DNA of 64,000 nucleotides from Veleropilina oligotropha (Eukaryota): NCBI GenBank assembly GCA_048128005.1, contig JBEUKZ010000036.1, positions 124,001 to 188,000 of the forward strand, read 5' to 3'. Shown piece by piece: positions 27,890 to 38,140 of this stretch (position 1 is its first letter; each line of letters starts with the position of its first letter). The notes under the pieces were generated by a model. It saw only the letters and a program-made list of their open reading frames with translations, ran no database searches and was not told where the DNA came from. The position numbers and the translations under genes were made by a program.

Positions 27890-30800
27890 TCATATGCATA
27901 GGTCGCATGTATATTGGGCTTCAATTCCTGAAGTACAGAGTTCATGAGCCCATCTAGCACACTGAGCACACTGGATCCATACTTCTCCGGGTTTTGACTC
28001 TGAGTATCTTTCCCCACATACGAGACATTCGTCGTCATCTTTCCTGGTCTTTTTTGGCTTGATTAGAAGTCGATAGTTTACGCTTTCCGGATGCTCGGGA
28101 CACCTTTTTGTCTTCTTCTTTCTCAACAACTTTCTTTTGAGCTGTAATTTGTCCTCCAGGAATGTCCTGAAAATAATGTGATATATATGAAAATATTAGA
28201 ATGTAAACTGGTAGTAAGATATTCAATGATCTTAAAGATGATGATGAATTGATGTTTAACGACCACGCCAATAGTATTTCAGTTATAAATCGGGTCAACC
28301 AACTTTGAATGATGAAATTAATTGGTGCTGTGTGCAATGGAGGCAGCGAACATTGGAAAATCCCCGGCACTCCCGGTGCTTGAACCCGTGACCTTCCGTT
28401 TAGTAGACCAGCACCGTATCCAATCGGCCACGGTGCTCCCCTGTGATCTTAAAAATTGCACAGATAAATTACCTTTTTTGATAAGATGTTCCATAGTTTT
28501 TTTATTGTGGCAGCTACATGATTCCGGGACCTCACAATAGCACGACAACTTTCGAAGCCAAATGTCACCAGATGACTCAGCGTCTGGCCATACCTATAAA
28601 TAGAAAATTATGCAATGGTTTAAAGGATTATTGAATCAAATATCATATTAAATGTGAAATCAGACCTTTTCCGCTCTTGTAACTTCAATATATACAGTGT
28701 AAAGGTTACAAATCTGTCCGAATTGAATTTACTTGATTTGGCCCATGATTAATCCGAGGTCATCGTATACATATTCTCCGGTCAGTGACGTCACTCGTGG
28801 GTTTTTCGTCTCGGAGAATCATTATATAATAGGTAGCCCATCAGGAACAATGACCCAAATCACGTGAGGCCATATGTCTGTCTTCATCTAATCAAATTTC
28901 GATGAAATTCGGAATTGTTAGACAGAGGCCAATTGAAAGAAATTTGCAATGTATCTATTATAAATATATTACCTGATGTACCAACATTGTCCCTGGATAA
29001 GATCGAAGGTCTGGTACCATTGTTGAGATGTCGTCAATTTCGTTTTGCTTGACGTAGAACAGCTGGACGTCTGACTGGGCATCTGACAGTTTTTCAAACA
29101 ACTTGTCTGCATCGGGAATATCGTTTCCATGGGCAACCATTTGATCCGCCCGCCTCTTGATCGCTGCACCTATCCCGTCTGCCGCCCCCTTCCCGTGACC
29201 ACTTTCTAAGTAGTTCCACGTGATTTTCAAGTTGTACTCTCGTTGAATAACTCCCATCAGGTAAAACATTGTCTTGTTCCTATACTGCGATGATGGGCTA
29301 TCTGTGACAAAGTGTGCATGTTTTATATCTGGATGTTGTTCCTTCAGATAGTTGAGTACTGGTTTAAGATGTGCATATGCAGAGTTGGCATCATGAACAG
29401 GTGACTCGGATATGGAACAGAAACCTTTAGCGTTGTTGTGTGTGTATATAATTCCATCATGAAGGGTGGCTTGTTGTTATGAGGCGCCGAAATGGACAGA
29501 TGTAATCTCTTTGCTATACTTGCAGCTCCAATTCTCACTAAAGTCAAAATGCATGATACAGTGATCACTCGGTAGACATTCTTTCAGTGATTTTATTGCT
29601 TTGTACTGGTGATGTACCCTGTATATGTGGGATAACACACTATCCAAAGCTTTGTTGGTTTCATTAACTAGCGTGTGCAGACTAGCAACTCGGGTGATTT
29701 TTTTCATTCTTCTAGTTTCCTTCTTGATACCATCTTTGTTGGTATAGGAATGACTTTCATTTCTCCATTCTAACCACTGGAGTTCAGGCCTGTCTTTTTC
29801 GGATGGTTTATGGCGGATCTTGTTTGTTCTCCATCTTACGCAGCATCGAAACATGCAATCAATATTAGATGTGTTGCAGACAAGTGATGAAATAATATCG
29901 TCACTGTTTCGGGAACTGACAATCTTCTCGCGGTGTAACTTTTCAATCTGGCAAGCAAAGTTATCGCAGATCTTGCAAACACACACTTCTCTGTCCTTCA
30001 ATGTAGGGATGGTTACGTTGGCTGGACGGTTCTTGCAGAAAAACGTGTAGGATAACTTTGTTGCACTTTCAGCTAGATATTTACTATGTAGTATCTTCAG
30101 AGGATGGACCAAAAATCGTTTTTGCTCCTGTCCTACAATATCCCGTTTTGCAGCGCTCATCCTTGTATTGTCGTCTCTCAAGAGGAAATCTCGTACAGAT
30201 TCTCGCATCAGTCTTGACTTTTCTCTTAACCCTCGTCGACGCTTCGGCGGCTGGTCCATTATCTTTCGACTTATTCCTGTAGCATTTTTGAGAAGGTGCT
30301 TACATCTGTATTTTCTAAGGACATCAAGGCGAATTACGTTCATCACCTTCCTCTGGTCACTTAGTCGATATTTCAGAGTACTCAGGTCATCAATTAACGC
30401 ATGGTGGAAAATCAGGGTTTTTCTGACAGCTTGACGTCTGATGATAAATTCAGTTTTCGATCTTTGAGTTTTTTCTTTTGAGTACGTCTTTGATCTGTAT
30501 TCACGTTTCCGCAAACGGTCAATGGCACGTTGTTTTTCCTCCAATTCACTTTCTAATTTAGCGATTCGCCTATATGCTTGAGATTTCTGCCTGTCTTTCA
30601 GCCGTGGTCTTCCTCGCGTTTTTCTAAGATTCTCAACATCTTCATGAACAGGTTGGATACCGTCATTTTCAGCTGGAGTATTTGGTGGCGTGGTAAGGGT
30701 GGTTATCGCCTCAGCTTGTCGTCGGTTTCTGGATCTATATTCCCTGGTGTTGATCATCCATCGTTTTCGCTGGATACGCTGCTTCCTCGCAGATAACTCA

Positions 30801-30955
30801 TTTACAGATTTAAGCGAACCTGCTTCTTTACGTTTTTTGTATTTTTCCCGCTCTTTTTGTAGATAGCGTTCGTGTTTTTCAGGGTCTGCCTTTATTCGCT
30901 CTAAGTGTTTTCTTTGCCTTTCAACATCAGACGTTGCTTTCCGCTTCGGGGGCAT
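27890..30955 (-). pseudogene. Spliced Sola-like transposase with C-terminal PHD finger; one nonsense codon at 29477-29479
   Basis: DFSEN / TDSPSSQYRNK / GHGKGAADG triad in one frame across the TAA; exons ~30955-28973, ~28593-28473, ~28167-27890; PHD CLVC..WIQCAQC..WAHELC..CDLC. Confidence 0.8.
28316..28441 (-). mobile_element. tRNA-derived SINE in transposase intron
   Basis: Minus strand GGGGAGCACCGTGGCCGATTGG (A box) ... GGTTCAAGCA (B box). Confidence 0.55.
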
Positions 30956-31515
30956 TATTGGCTCTAGATCTTGATATGGTGTAGATGTATCACATTAGCA
31001 ACTTTCGTCTGTAAAAAAATAGGGCCATAGGTTGGATACATTTCAAGGCAAGTAAGTCCTAGGCTAAGCATGATGTTTCACAGCAATTTTAATAAGAACC
31101 TCATTTAAGGCAATTAAATTCCCAGTTTTAGGGCTGTATTGGCCGATTACATTAACATTGCAATTTCATTTGCGCTCTCTGAGACTGTATGATAAAGGGT
31201 TAAAGCAAACGAAGCCAGTTTTTTCGAATTTTAAATGAAAATAGTCAGTTAAAATAGGCATACACCTATGCATATTATAATTAGGTCTATCAATATGCCC
31301 AATGTATTCTTTCTAATCATTGCAAGGCCTTGCTGGAAATAAACAATTATTATTGGCTCTATTTGGCTACAGTGATCACAAACAGAGGGAATGTGAGTGT
31401 AATGACCGTGAGTGTAATGACTGTGAGGGTAATGACAAATTTCAACATTCGCTCTTCCATGTGTGTCAAAATGGCGGAAAGCTTGAATACAGATTTCGCT
31501 GTGAACAAGTGTTCC

Positions 31516-31690
31516 AGCAGCAGGGGGGGTCAGTAGACTTTTTAGAATGGGAAAATAAGGCTCCCAGCACTATTTCAGAACTGAGCTGGTTGTACTGGGG
31601 GGACTAGGGAGTTAGGGTGGGGCCCGGGGGCCCGGGGGTGGGGGCTCCCAGCACCTGTTCAGACCCGAGGGTATAGCGTGTATTACAAAA
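31516..31690. repeat. Left TIR of Polinton-like virus
   Basis: Reverse complement of 47056-47222 apart from small indels in G/C runs. Confidence 0.95.
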
Positions 31691-31981
31691 GTCCCCGTGT
31701 GTACAGCGGCCCACTACCCTAGCCGGGCAGGCATATGTTTGTATCCGTGCCGAGAACTCCTTTGTTACTGCCTGGTGTATTCATAGCCTGTGGCTGACCT
31801 AGTGCTCCCGTTATCGAGAAGCCACATGACGATGACTCCACAAGAATACTGTAACGACGTAAACAAGGTTACAAAAATCTTTTTTCTGTGCTAACCGGAA
31901 GCTTGGTTACAAAAATATTTTTTCTGGGCCAAATCTTTTTATATCTGGGTCGACCTGAAAAATGTAGAAGGTCACAGCTGT

Positions 31982-32400
31982 TTATATAAATATATAGTTG
32001 CCCGATGTTAAAGTGCAATTACAGGGCGAGTGATGTCCGATTTTTCTCCACGCACCGAAGCAGCCAGACAGCATGGTGTAATACTCCCCATTTTTGCCAG
32101 GACATAGGGAGGGGGCCGAACACTGGACACATGTGACAGTATCTGGGGGTGTGGCAGGGCCACAGTCATTCTTCCCGATAACATAGTAGTGACACGACGG
32201 TGGGGCGACATCAGGGGGTCTCCCAGGCGTAGTAGCAGGTTTCTTCGCAAGGGGTCGTGCCTTATATTGTACCGGGGGTGATTTCGGTACCTAGCCCACG
32301 TGTGTTCGAGAATTAATGCAGTGTTGTGTGTCGACGTCTGGGTGGAGACACCCCCTAGCCAGCACACCGCGGCAATACACAGAAGTAGCATGGATTTCAT
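31982..32400 (-). pseudogene. Small secreted Cys-rich protein, apparently frameshifted
   Basis: Signal-peptide-like MKSMLLLCIAAVCWLGGVST; an alternative frame from ~32285 to TAA at 31982 encodes an 8-Cys domain (SCHYY..DC..TCVQC..LC..GC..PCNC). Confidence 0.5.
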
Positions 32401-32521
32401 GGTTGTCCAGATATCAGTGTCGAGTTCTAGCTTTAATACGGGGGAGGGGGGTCCCCACCCACCCCACGCTCAACCTGGATGGTTAGTCGCCAGCCCCGAT
32501 TTTTTTCAGTAGCTCGGCGCG

Positions 32522-33118
32522 TCACTCTTTACGTCCACGCTCAATGAGCTCGGTTTGGGTCTGTGAAACCGCGGTGTGCGCCTTTAGACTTTTGAGACGC
32601 AGGGTGGCCTTCATTGTCCGATATTTTTCCATCTCCCCTGTGACCAGTTGGAATTCATCATCAGACATCACCCCGTCCGCTAAGGCCTTTGAGACGTGGT
32701 CGGTTATGGTGTTCAGCTTGCTTTCGGCCAGTACTCGAATCTCGTCGTGTTTCTTAGCCTTAACCTGGAGGCGCCGGCTGATGTACTTTCCACCCATACT
32801 AGCGAGCCCACACCCCAACGCCGCTAGTTCCAGCACTAGGACAACAGGTGCGGCAACGATCGTGGACAGTAGACCGATGCCGGCGCTACCCATACCTAGG
32901 GTCGCCACGACCAGGCCCGAATCAATTCCATCAATGACATTAACGCCTCGGCGGTACTTTTTGTACAGGGCGGCTCGAGCATCCCGTTCTCGTTCTAGCT
33001 GCCCCTGGAGCTCATTCACTTTCTGTAGTCGGAAAGACTGTGCCTCCGGAACTTCCGAAGGCACATCGCCACCAAGTTGTGGGTACAGCGTTGGCGCTGA
33101 GGGTTTGTTGTCCATCAT
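32522..33118 (-). CDS. Membrane-active virion protein (adintovirus 'gasderminX'-like) with PSAP and LYPQL motifs
   Basis: Coiled coil, double hydrophobic hairpin, KKHDEI..LAESKLNTI..VSKAL.DG...EF pattern; start placed at MMDNKPSAPTLYPQL. Confidence 0.7.
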   Translation of the reverse strand: MMDNKPSAPTLYPQLGGDVPSEVPEAQSFRLQKVNELQGQLERERDARAALYKKYRRGVNVIDGIDSGLVVATLGMGSAGIGLLSTIVAAPVVLVLELAALGCGLASMGGKYISRRLQVKAKKHDEIRVLAESKLNTITDHVSKALADGVMSDDEFQLVTGEMEKYRTMKATLRLKSLKAHTAVSQTQTELIERGRKE

Positions 33119-33462
33119 ACGTGGCTGTATTGTTCCGCCTGTTTGTTTAAAATGTCTACTGTAACGTTCAAATACAGGATGTTCACCCATGGGGCCTTGA
33201 TGACAAAGGCGAGGGTTAACTTATCCGAATCCAGGCCGAGTTTACTTATGGAACATGCCTTGGGGCCGCCGGCCGGCTGGACCAGGGTCGTGTGGATCAT
33301 TAGAAGGGCTGGGTTCAACCCAAACCGACCTCCAGTGTTTGGAATCATGAACTCCCTCTTTGCCAGCCCCTTGTTGGGCGCTTCCCCACAACTAAGAACA
33401 GAGTGCCACCGGGTCGGGGAAGAGGGCTCGTCTGCAAGCAGGGTCCCGTAGATGCTGCTCAT
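33115..33462 (-). CDS. Hypothetical viral protein (115 aa)
   Basis: Fills the gap exactly, with ATGA-type overlaps to both neighbours. Confidence 0.65.
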   Translation of the reverse strand: MSSIYGTLLADEPSSPTRWHSVLSCGEAPNKGLAKREFMIPNTGGRFGLNPALLMIHTTLVQPAGGPKACSISKLGLDSDKLTLAFVIKAPWVNILYLNVTVDILNKQAEQYSHV

Positions 33463-34199
33463 TGTATCGCAAGGACTGCGGAAATAGGCATACCGTGATT
33501 GTCGAGCGGTTTACCATCTGAGTCTGTGATGTAAACCTTCAATTCTATGAGTGACCCGGCCTGTAGTCTCCGGCCGGCGGGATAACTGTGGTAGTGGCCA
33601 GCTTCACCGAATATCTGCGACATGATAGGGACCACCGCTAGAATGTTGCTCGGGGCGCCGTCCGTCACATTGTGTGTTGTACTGAGCTGCTCCAGGTGAA
33701 CGTGTAGGGTCGGCGCTATGGCAAACCCTACCGGCTTGTTCCCGTCATACGTCCCGGGACGTAGCCACTCGGATCTCTCCGGAGGGGGAGGTCTGCCCCC
33801 CCATACAGAGCGAAGGGGTGGGTGGGGGTTCCCTGCTTTATCGAGAATAAACGAAGAAAGGTTTAAGCCGAGGAGCTTCCTGATGTCGTCGCTTATCGCG
33901 AGTCGGGTCCCCTCTGGGACCACGAGTCGCGCGAGTCCCGTTTCATGGCTTACATCTAGCTGTATGTTCTTTAGCGACCTCTTCATCGTCTTGGCGAGGG
34001 CATCGAAGCTGTAGAAACCCGGTGCCACCTCTACCATGGTATCGGGGGTCTTAAAGAAGGCCCCAGCGTGTACGTTGTGCCATCCGACCCAATAGTCGAG
34101 CGACTGCAAACTGACACAGAGTTTGCCTTCCCGGTTATCAATGGGTTGCAGGAGGGCAACCGCGGTCCCCTCTTGAACACTCGTTAATGTGTGGAACAT
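33459..34199 (-). CDS. Minor capsid protein (penton, single jelly roll)
   Basis: APGFYS motif and C-terminal LKVYITDSDGKPLDNHGMPISAVLAI, typical of Polinton-type pentons; first ATG taken as start. Confidence 0.75.
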   Translation of the reverse strand: MFHTLTSVQEGTAVALLQPIDNREGKLCVSLQSLDYWVGWHNVHAGAFFKTPDTMVEVAPGFYSFDALAKTMKRSLKNIQLDVSHETGLARLVVPEGTRLAISDDIRKLLGLNLSSFILDKAGNPHPPLRSVWGGRPPPPERSEWLRPGTYDGNKPVGFAIAPTLHVHLEQLSTTHNVTDGAPSNILAVVPIMSQIFGEAGHYHSYPAGRRLQAGSLIELKVYITDSDGKPLDNHGMPISAVLAIQ

Positions 34200-34203
34200 A
34201 GCT

Positions 34204-35493
34204 ATGGCTAAGAGCGCCTTTGTATTCAATAGGAGTGCAGCCTATCCGACCAGTGTGGTGTACCCAGCAAGGATCAACGATGAGCAGCTTACAAAACCAC
34301 GCGTCGTTGTCTCCTCGTCTGAATCTCCCCATCCTGCATTCGGGGCAGACTACCCCGACGTCTTTCAAAAATACCGCCTCCCTCACGTCGCGAGTGATCG
34401 GCTAATACGGGATTGGCACAGCACACCGATGCGGTTTTGGCAGAACCAGGTCAACTTCGCAGTGTGGTGTGCCACAACAGGTTCCGGGATCTCCTCAGAA
34501 GACCACTTGAATGCGACCGACCCCCTCTCCAGAGCCGTATTCACCTTCCACGTCTACTATCAGGTCCGAAGGGTACTGACCGAAATTCAGGCGCCGCTGC
34601 CCTTCGATCATACGTGGGATGCATTCGACACCTCGTATGATCGAAGGGCATATGAGAAGATCTGCAGCGAGTTTGGAGTGTCCCCACATACTGACTGGCG
34701 TGTCAAGGGTCCCAATGGCGGACTAGGCACCGCTTTCAGCTACTGGACGAACAATGGCTACCACCCCATAGGACGTGAGTACGATCCCAGCCGAATGTCC
34801 TTCACCAAAGGTACGACCAACTCGAATCTGCACGTGGACTACATCGCGCAAGCGCCTGCGCTTACAAACGGTTGGGCTTCCTTCATCCTGGACAAGTCGG
34901 AGGGATTTACCCGGGCCGGCGTGGAAAGGCTCAATGACTCCATCAGGACCTACGTCTGGGCGATTCTTGGAGCGCAGGCTCAGACTCGGGCAAGTATTAT
35001 CGGCACCGGTACAGCGTTTGATGCGCAGAAACAGTTCCTGGCGAACGTGGCAGATGCCATCGCATCCCCCGTTGACCTACCATCAGCAATCAAACGGTAC
35101 CAGGAGGTGCTACAGTATGCCAGGTCCAAGGTAGACTTCGTATTCGGCGTTGGCCTGTACATGGCGCCAAGTGACATGCTTCTGCGGATTGGGCAGGTGG
35201 CGGGGTATAACAACGAAATCGTCGTTGCTACGGAAAACCAGACACTCGGTCTTAATATGATGGTGAACGCGGCCAGTGTGCCGCCCAACGCCGCTGGGGA
35301 TACTGGAGAGAAAGGACTGGTTATTCCACAAGACGAGGTCGCAGTCTTACGGGCAGATGCTCCGAAGCATCTAAACTCTGAGCCCCGGGGAGCAGCTGTT
35401 TCAGCCGCGGGGGCTGCCTCACATGACGAGGAGAAAACCGCACTCATCGTGGGCGGCATCGTCGTTGGCCTAGCGTTCATTTGGCTTACGTGA
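34204..35493 (+). CDS. Hypothetical viral protein with C-terminal transmembrane anchor
   Basis: Long open frame (FWQNQVNFAVWCATTG), ending ALIVGGIVVGLAFIWLT. Confidence 0.8.
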   Translation: MAKSAFVFNRSAAYPTSVVYPARINDEQLTKPRVVVSSSESPHPAFGADYPDVFQKYRLPHVASDRLIRDWHSTPMRFWQNQVNFAVWCATTGSGISSEDHLNATDPLSRAVFTFHVYYQVRRVLTEIQAPLPFDHTWDAFDTSYDRRAYEKICSEFGVSPHTDWRVKGPNGGLGTAFSYWTNNGYHPIGREYDPSRMSFTKGTTNSNLHVDYIAQAPALTNGWASFILDKSEGFTRAGVERLNDSIRTYVWAILGAQAQTRASIIGTGTAFDAQKQFLANVADAIASPVDLPSAIKRYQEVLQYARSKVDFVFGVGLYMAPSDMLLRIGQVAGYNNEIVVATENQTLGLNMMVNAASVPPNAAGDTGEKGLVIPQDEVAVLRADAPKHLNSEPRGAAVSAAGAASHDEEKTALIVGGIVVGLAFIWLT

Positions 35494-36792
35494 CCCACTG
35501 TCTAGCGGCAATAAGAAGCAAGCCCCCAACAGATATAATCACAGCCCACATATTGTCAGCGAGCCACGACGCTGTCTTGCCGACCAGGTTGATTAGCCAG
35601 GAGACCAGGCTGCCAATCATGCCTGGGAGTGCCGCAGCCGCCTTCCCTGCCAGTTTACCCAGAAGCCGACCCAGGTTCTGCAGCTGCTTTTTGACCCACT
35701 CCTTGACCCCCCCTGACCACTGGGAGGTGGTGGTGTTGGTGCGATGCTCGGCGCTCCGCCTGTCAGGGCTAGTACCAAAGTCGAGATGGCCAACCCAATA
35801 GCGGTCAGTATTGTTGCGATCGTAACCCCCTGCTCGTGAAATAGGGTCCGGATACGCTCGGCCAGCGTGGTATCTGAGTGGAGTATCCGATTTAGCATCT
35901 CTCGGATCCGGCTGATTTGAGAGCGTAGGGCCTCCCGGCTGGACCCGGCTGCCTCGAGGCGAGCTGCTCTCTCGTCATTTAAATTGCGCAGACGTTCCGC
36001 GATTCGTCGACGAACAAACTCATCCACACCGCCCTCTTCATCTGCCTGATCGAGCTTCCTCTTCTCCAGCTCTATGTGTTCGTCCAGCGCCGTCAGTTTG
36101 GCCAGGTTGTTCGTGAGCTCGCCTCGGATGGTCTGCATGGCCTTGTCAAGCCCGCGAAGCTCACGAAGGTTTAAGGGAGGGTCCCCCATCGTACTCAAGA
36201 TCTCGTCAACCTCAGCGTCTGTGAAAGACGTCTCCATTTTGTGGATTGCAGCGGAAGCCTTTGTAGCCGGTTGCCCCAAATCCCGCAGTTCTACGCTGTC
36301 TACCTCGGCCGCCGCACCGCCCAACTCATTGTCGGCTGTCTGAAGAGCTGCAACGGCTTTTGAGGCCAGCTTTTTTTCCCCTCGCTTCCAGTGTACGAAT
36401 CCCAGCGCATCCCTGATGGCTTTACCCCCACGAGGGCGGCCAGCTATTGTGGACAGCGCCAATGGTTGCTTGGTTCTAGAATTGATGAGATCGATGTGGG
36501 GGTAGTCCTTCATCTGCAGTCGCCCCATCCCATCCACATACACGTATTCGAACTGGGAATAATCTCGCCATGGGGGCAGGGTCTGCCCCTCCTGTGCCAG
36601 GGCGTTGTAGTAGCCATCAACCGCGTTTTTAACGAGCTCTTGCTGAAGACTGCTGGTTCCTTCCTGTGGCCGTTCCGAAAGAACAGGCATAAACTCGGTG
36701 GATCCAACCTCACCATCAGCATCGTCGACGATGGTATCATCGTTGTCGATGAGATCGTCAGGCTCGAATGTGGGGTTCTCGAATTCCGCCAT
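35486..36792 (-). CDS. Coiled-coil membrane protein; frameshift in G7 run at 35707-35713
   Basis: Acidic N-terminus MAEFENPTF, long coiled coil, TM helix; the shifted frame continues VKEWVKKQLQNLG...WAVIISVGGLLLIAARQWVT to TAA at 35486. Confidence 0.75.
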
Positions 36793-36835
36793 TTGAATAC
36801 AAACGCTTGGATACGCATCTAATTCAGACAACAGC

Positions 36836-38140
36836 ATGGCCAGCCTCTACGGACGCACGCTTGACCCATACCGCAGACTGCGTGAGCCCCTCGGGGTCAA
36901 GGGTATACGCCAGTCGGTCACCATAACAAACAACCCATCCACGATTTCTGCAAATCAGCAGCTCCTGGTTCGGTTCCCTAATCTCGGGACTCATGACGTG
37001 ATAGTTCCAGGGACTGCCCACCTCGCATTCACAATTTCTTTGACCTCGGCTAACCCGAGCCGAACCGTGGTTCAGAATATTGGCCGCGCCGTGATCAGGA
37101 AGACCACGATCAAAATCAGTGGGAACGAAATCCTGTCTATCGACGACTCTGACGTGTATCACTGCTACTGTGACCTCTGGAAGACGTCAGGGGAGCGCAA
37201 TAACGCCCAATATCAGGGTATCGACACCAGCGCTGCCACGAATGTGACCGGACTGCGTGTTGGTGCGGTGAACGCCTTCAGAAATCCTGAGGAGGTGGCC
37301 ATCTCGGACGCGTACGGTCCCAGGTTTCGCATCCCGCTGGATTTCGAACTGTTGGAGAGCCATATGCCATTCTATCAGAGCGCGCTTGGGGACCGTTTGG
37401 AGTACGAACTCACGTCCAACGATTATTCGAGGACGATCAAGGACACGGACGACCCGGCGGCAAACTACACCATCGACAACCTCTGCCTGGAATACGATAT
37501 GGTCACACAGACCGAGCTTGCCAGATTGATCCGAAACCAGTACTCGGGCCGCATCGCCATCCTCTACGACCGTGTGCTTCGGCATCGTAGAATCACCCTA
37601 GACAAGAGCGACACGCTGTGGAACCTAAACCTGAATGTGCCGGCGCGGTCCATGAAAGGGATTCTACTGCTGTTTGAGGATCCCGCGAGAGACGCCGCAC
37701 CATTTGCCAGGGACACTGAGGCCTTCTATAACCCGAAGATCACGAAGGTCGAGGTCACCATTGAGGGCGTACCGAATCAGATCTACAGCCAGGGAATGTG
37801 TTCATACCAGATCTGGGAAGAAGCCAAGAAGATGTTCGCCTCCTCCCCGAGCAGCAAGAGGCATCCTGAGGTGGCGCTGGTGGCCAAGGATTTGGCTTTG
37901 GCAGACGTTACCCTGGGCCAGTTCTTGACGAAAAAGTTTGCCCTATGGATAGATCTGCGGGTAACCGACGACGATCAGCTGCACGGATCCGGCCGGAAGG
38001 TAGAGAATGCCAGCGAGGGCATCACGATCCAGATCACTAAAACAGGCGAGCCAGCTGGTCCATTGAATGTTTACGAGTACGTGGTCATGGATGCACAGCT
38101 GAATATCGAGAATGGCCGATTCGTCACAGCGCTATACTAA
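36836..38140 (+). CDS. Major capsid protein (double jelly roll, hexon-like)
   Basis: 434 aa, beta-rich, NPSTI..NQQLLVRFP and KITKVEVTIEG patterns; directly upstream of the packaging ATPase. Confidence 0.82.
   Translation: MASLYGRTLDPYRRLREPLGVKGIRQSVTITNNPSTISANQQLLVRFPNLGTHDVIVPGTAHLAFTISLTSANPSRTVVQNIGRAVIRKTTIKISGNEILSIDDSDVYHCYCDLWKTSGERNNAQYQGIDTSAATNVTGLRVGAVNAFRNPEEVAISDAYGPRFRIPLDFELLESHMPFYQSALGDRLEYELTSNDYSRTIKDTDDPAANYTIDNLCLEYDMVTQTELARLIRNQYSGRIAILYDRVLRHRRITLDKSDTLWNLNLNVPARSMKGILLLFEDPARDAAPFARDTEAFYNPKITKVEVTIEGVPNQIYSQGMCSYQIWEEAKKMFASSPSSKRHPEVALVAKDLALADVTLGQFLTKKFALWIDLRVTDDDQLHGSGRKVENASEGITIQITKTGEPAGPLNVYEYVVMDAQLNIENGRFVTALY

Noticed and set aside
28360..28441. tRNA gene (also 11660-11750, 12420-12495, 56085-56175)
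   Set aside because: A/B boxes are present but there is no complete cloverleaf and each continues into SINE body sequence.
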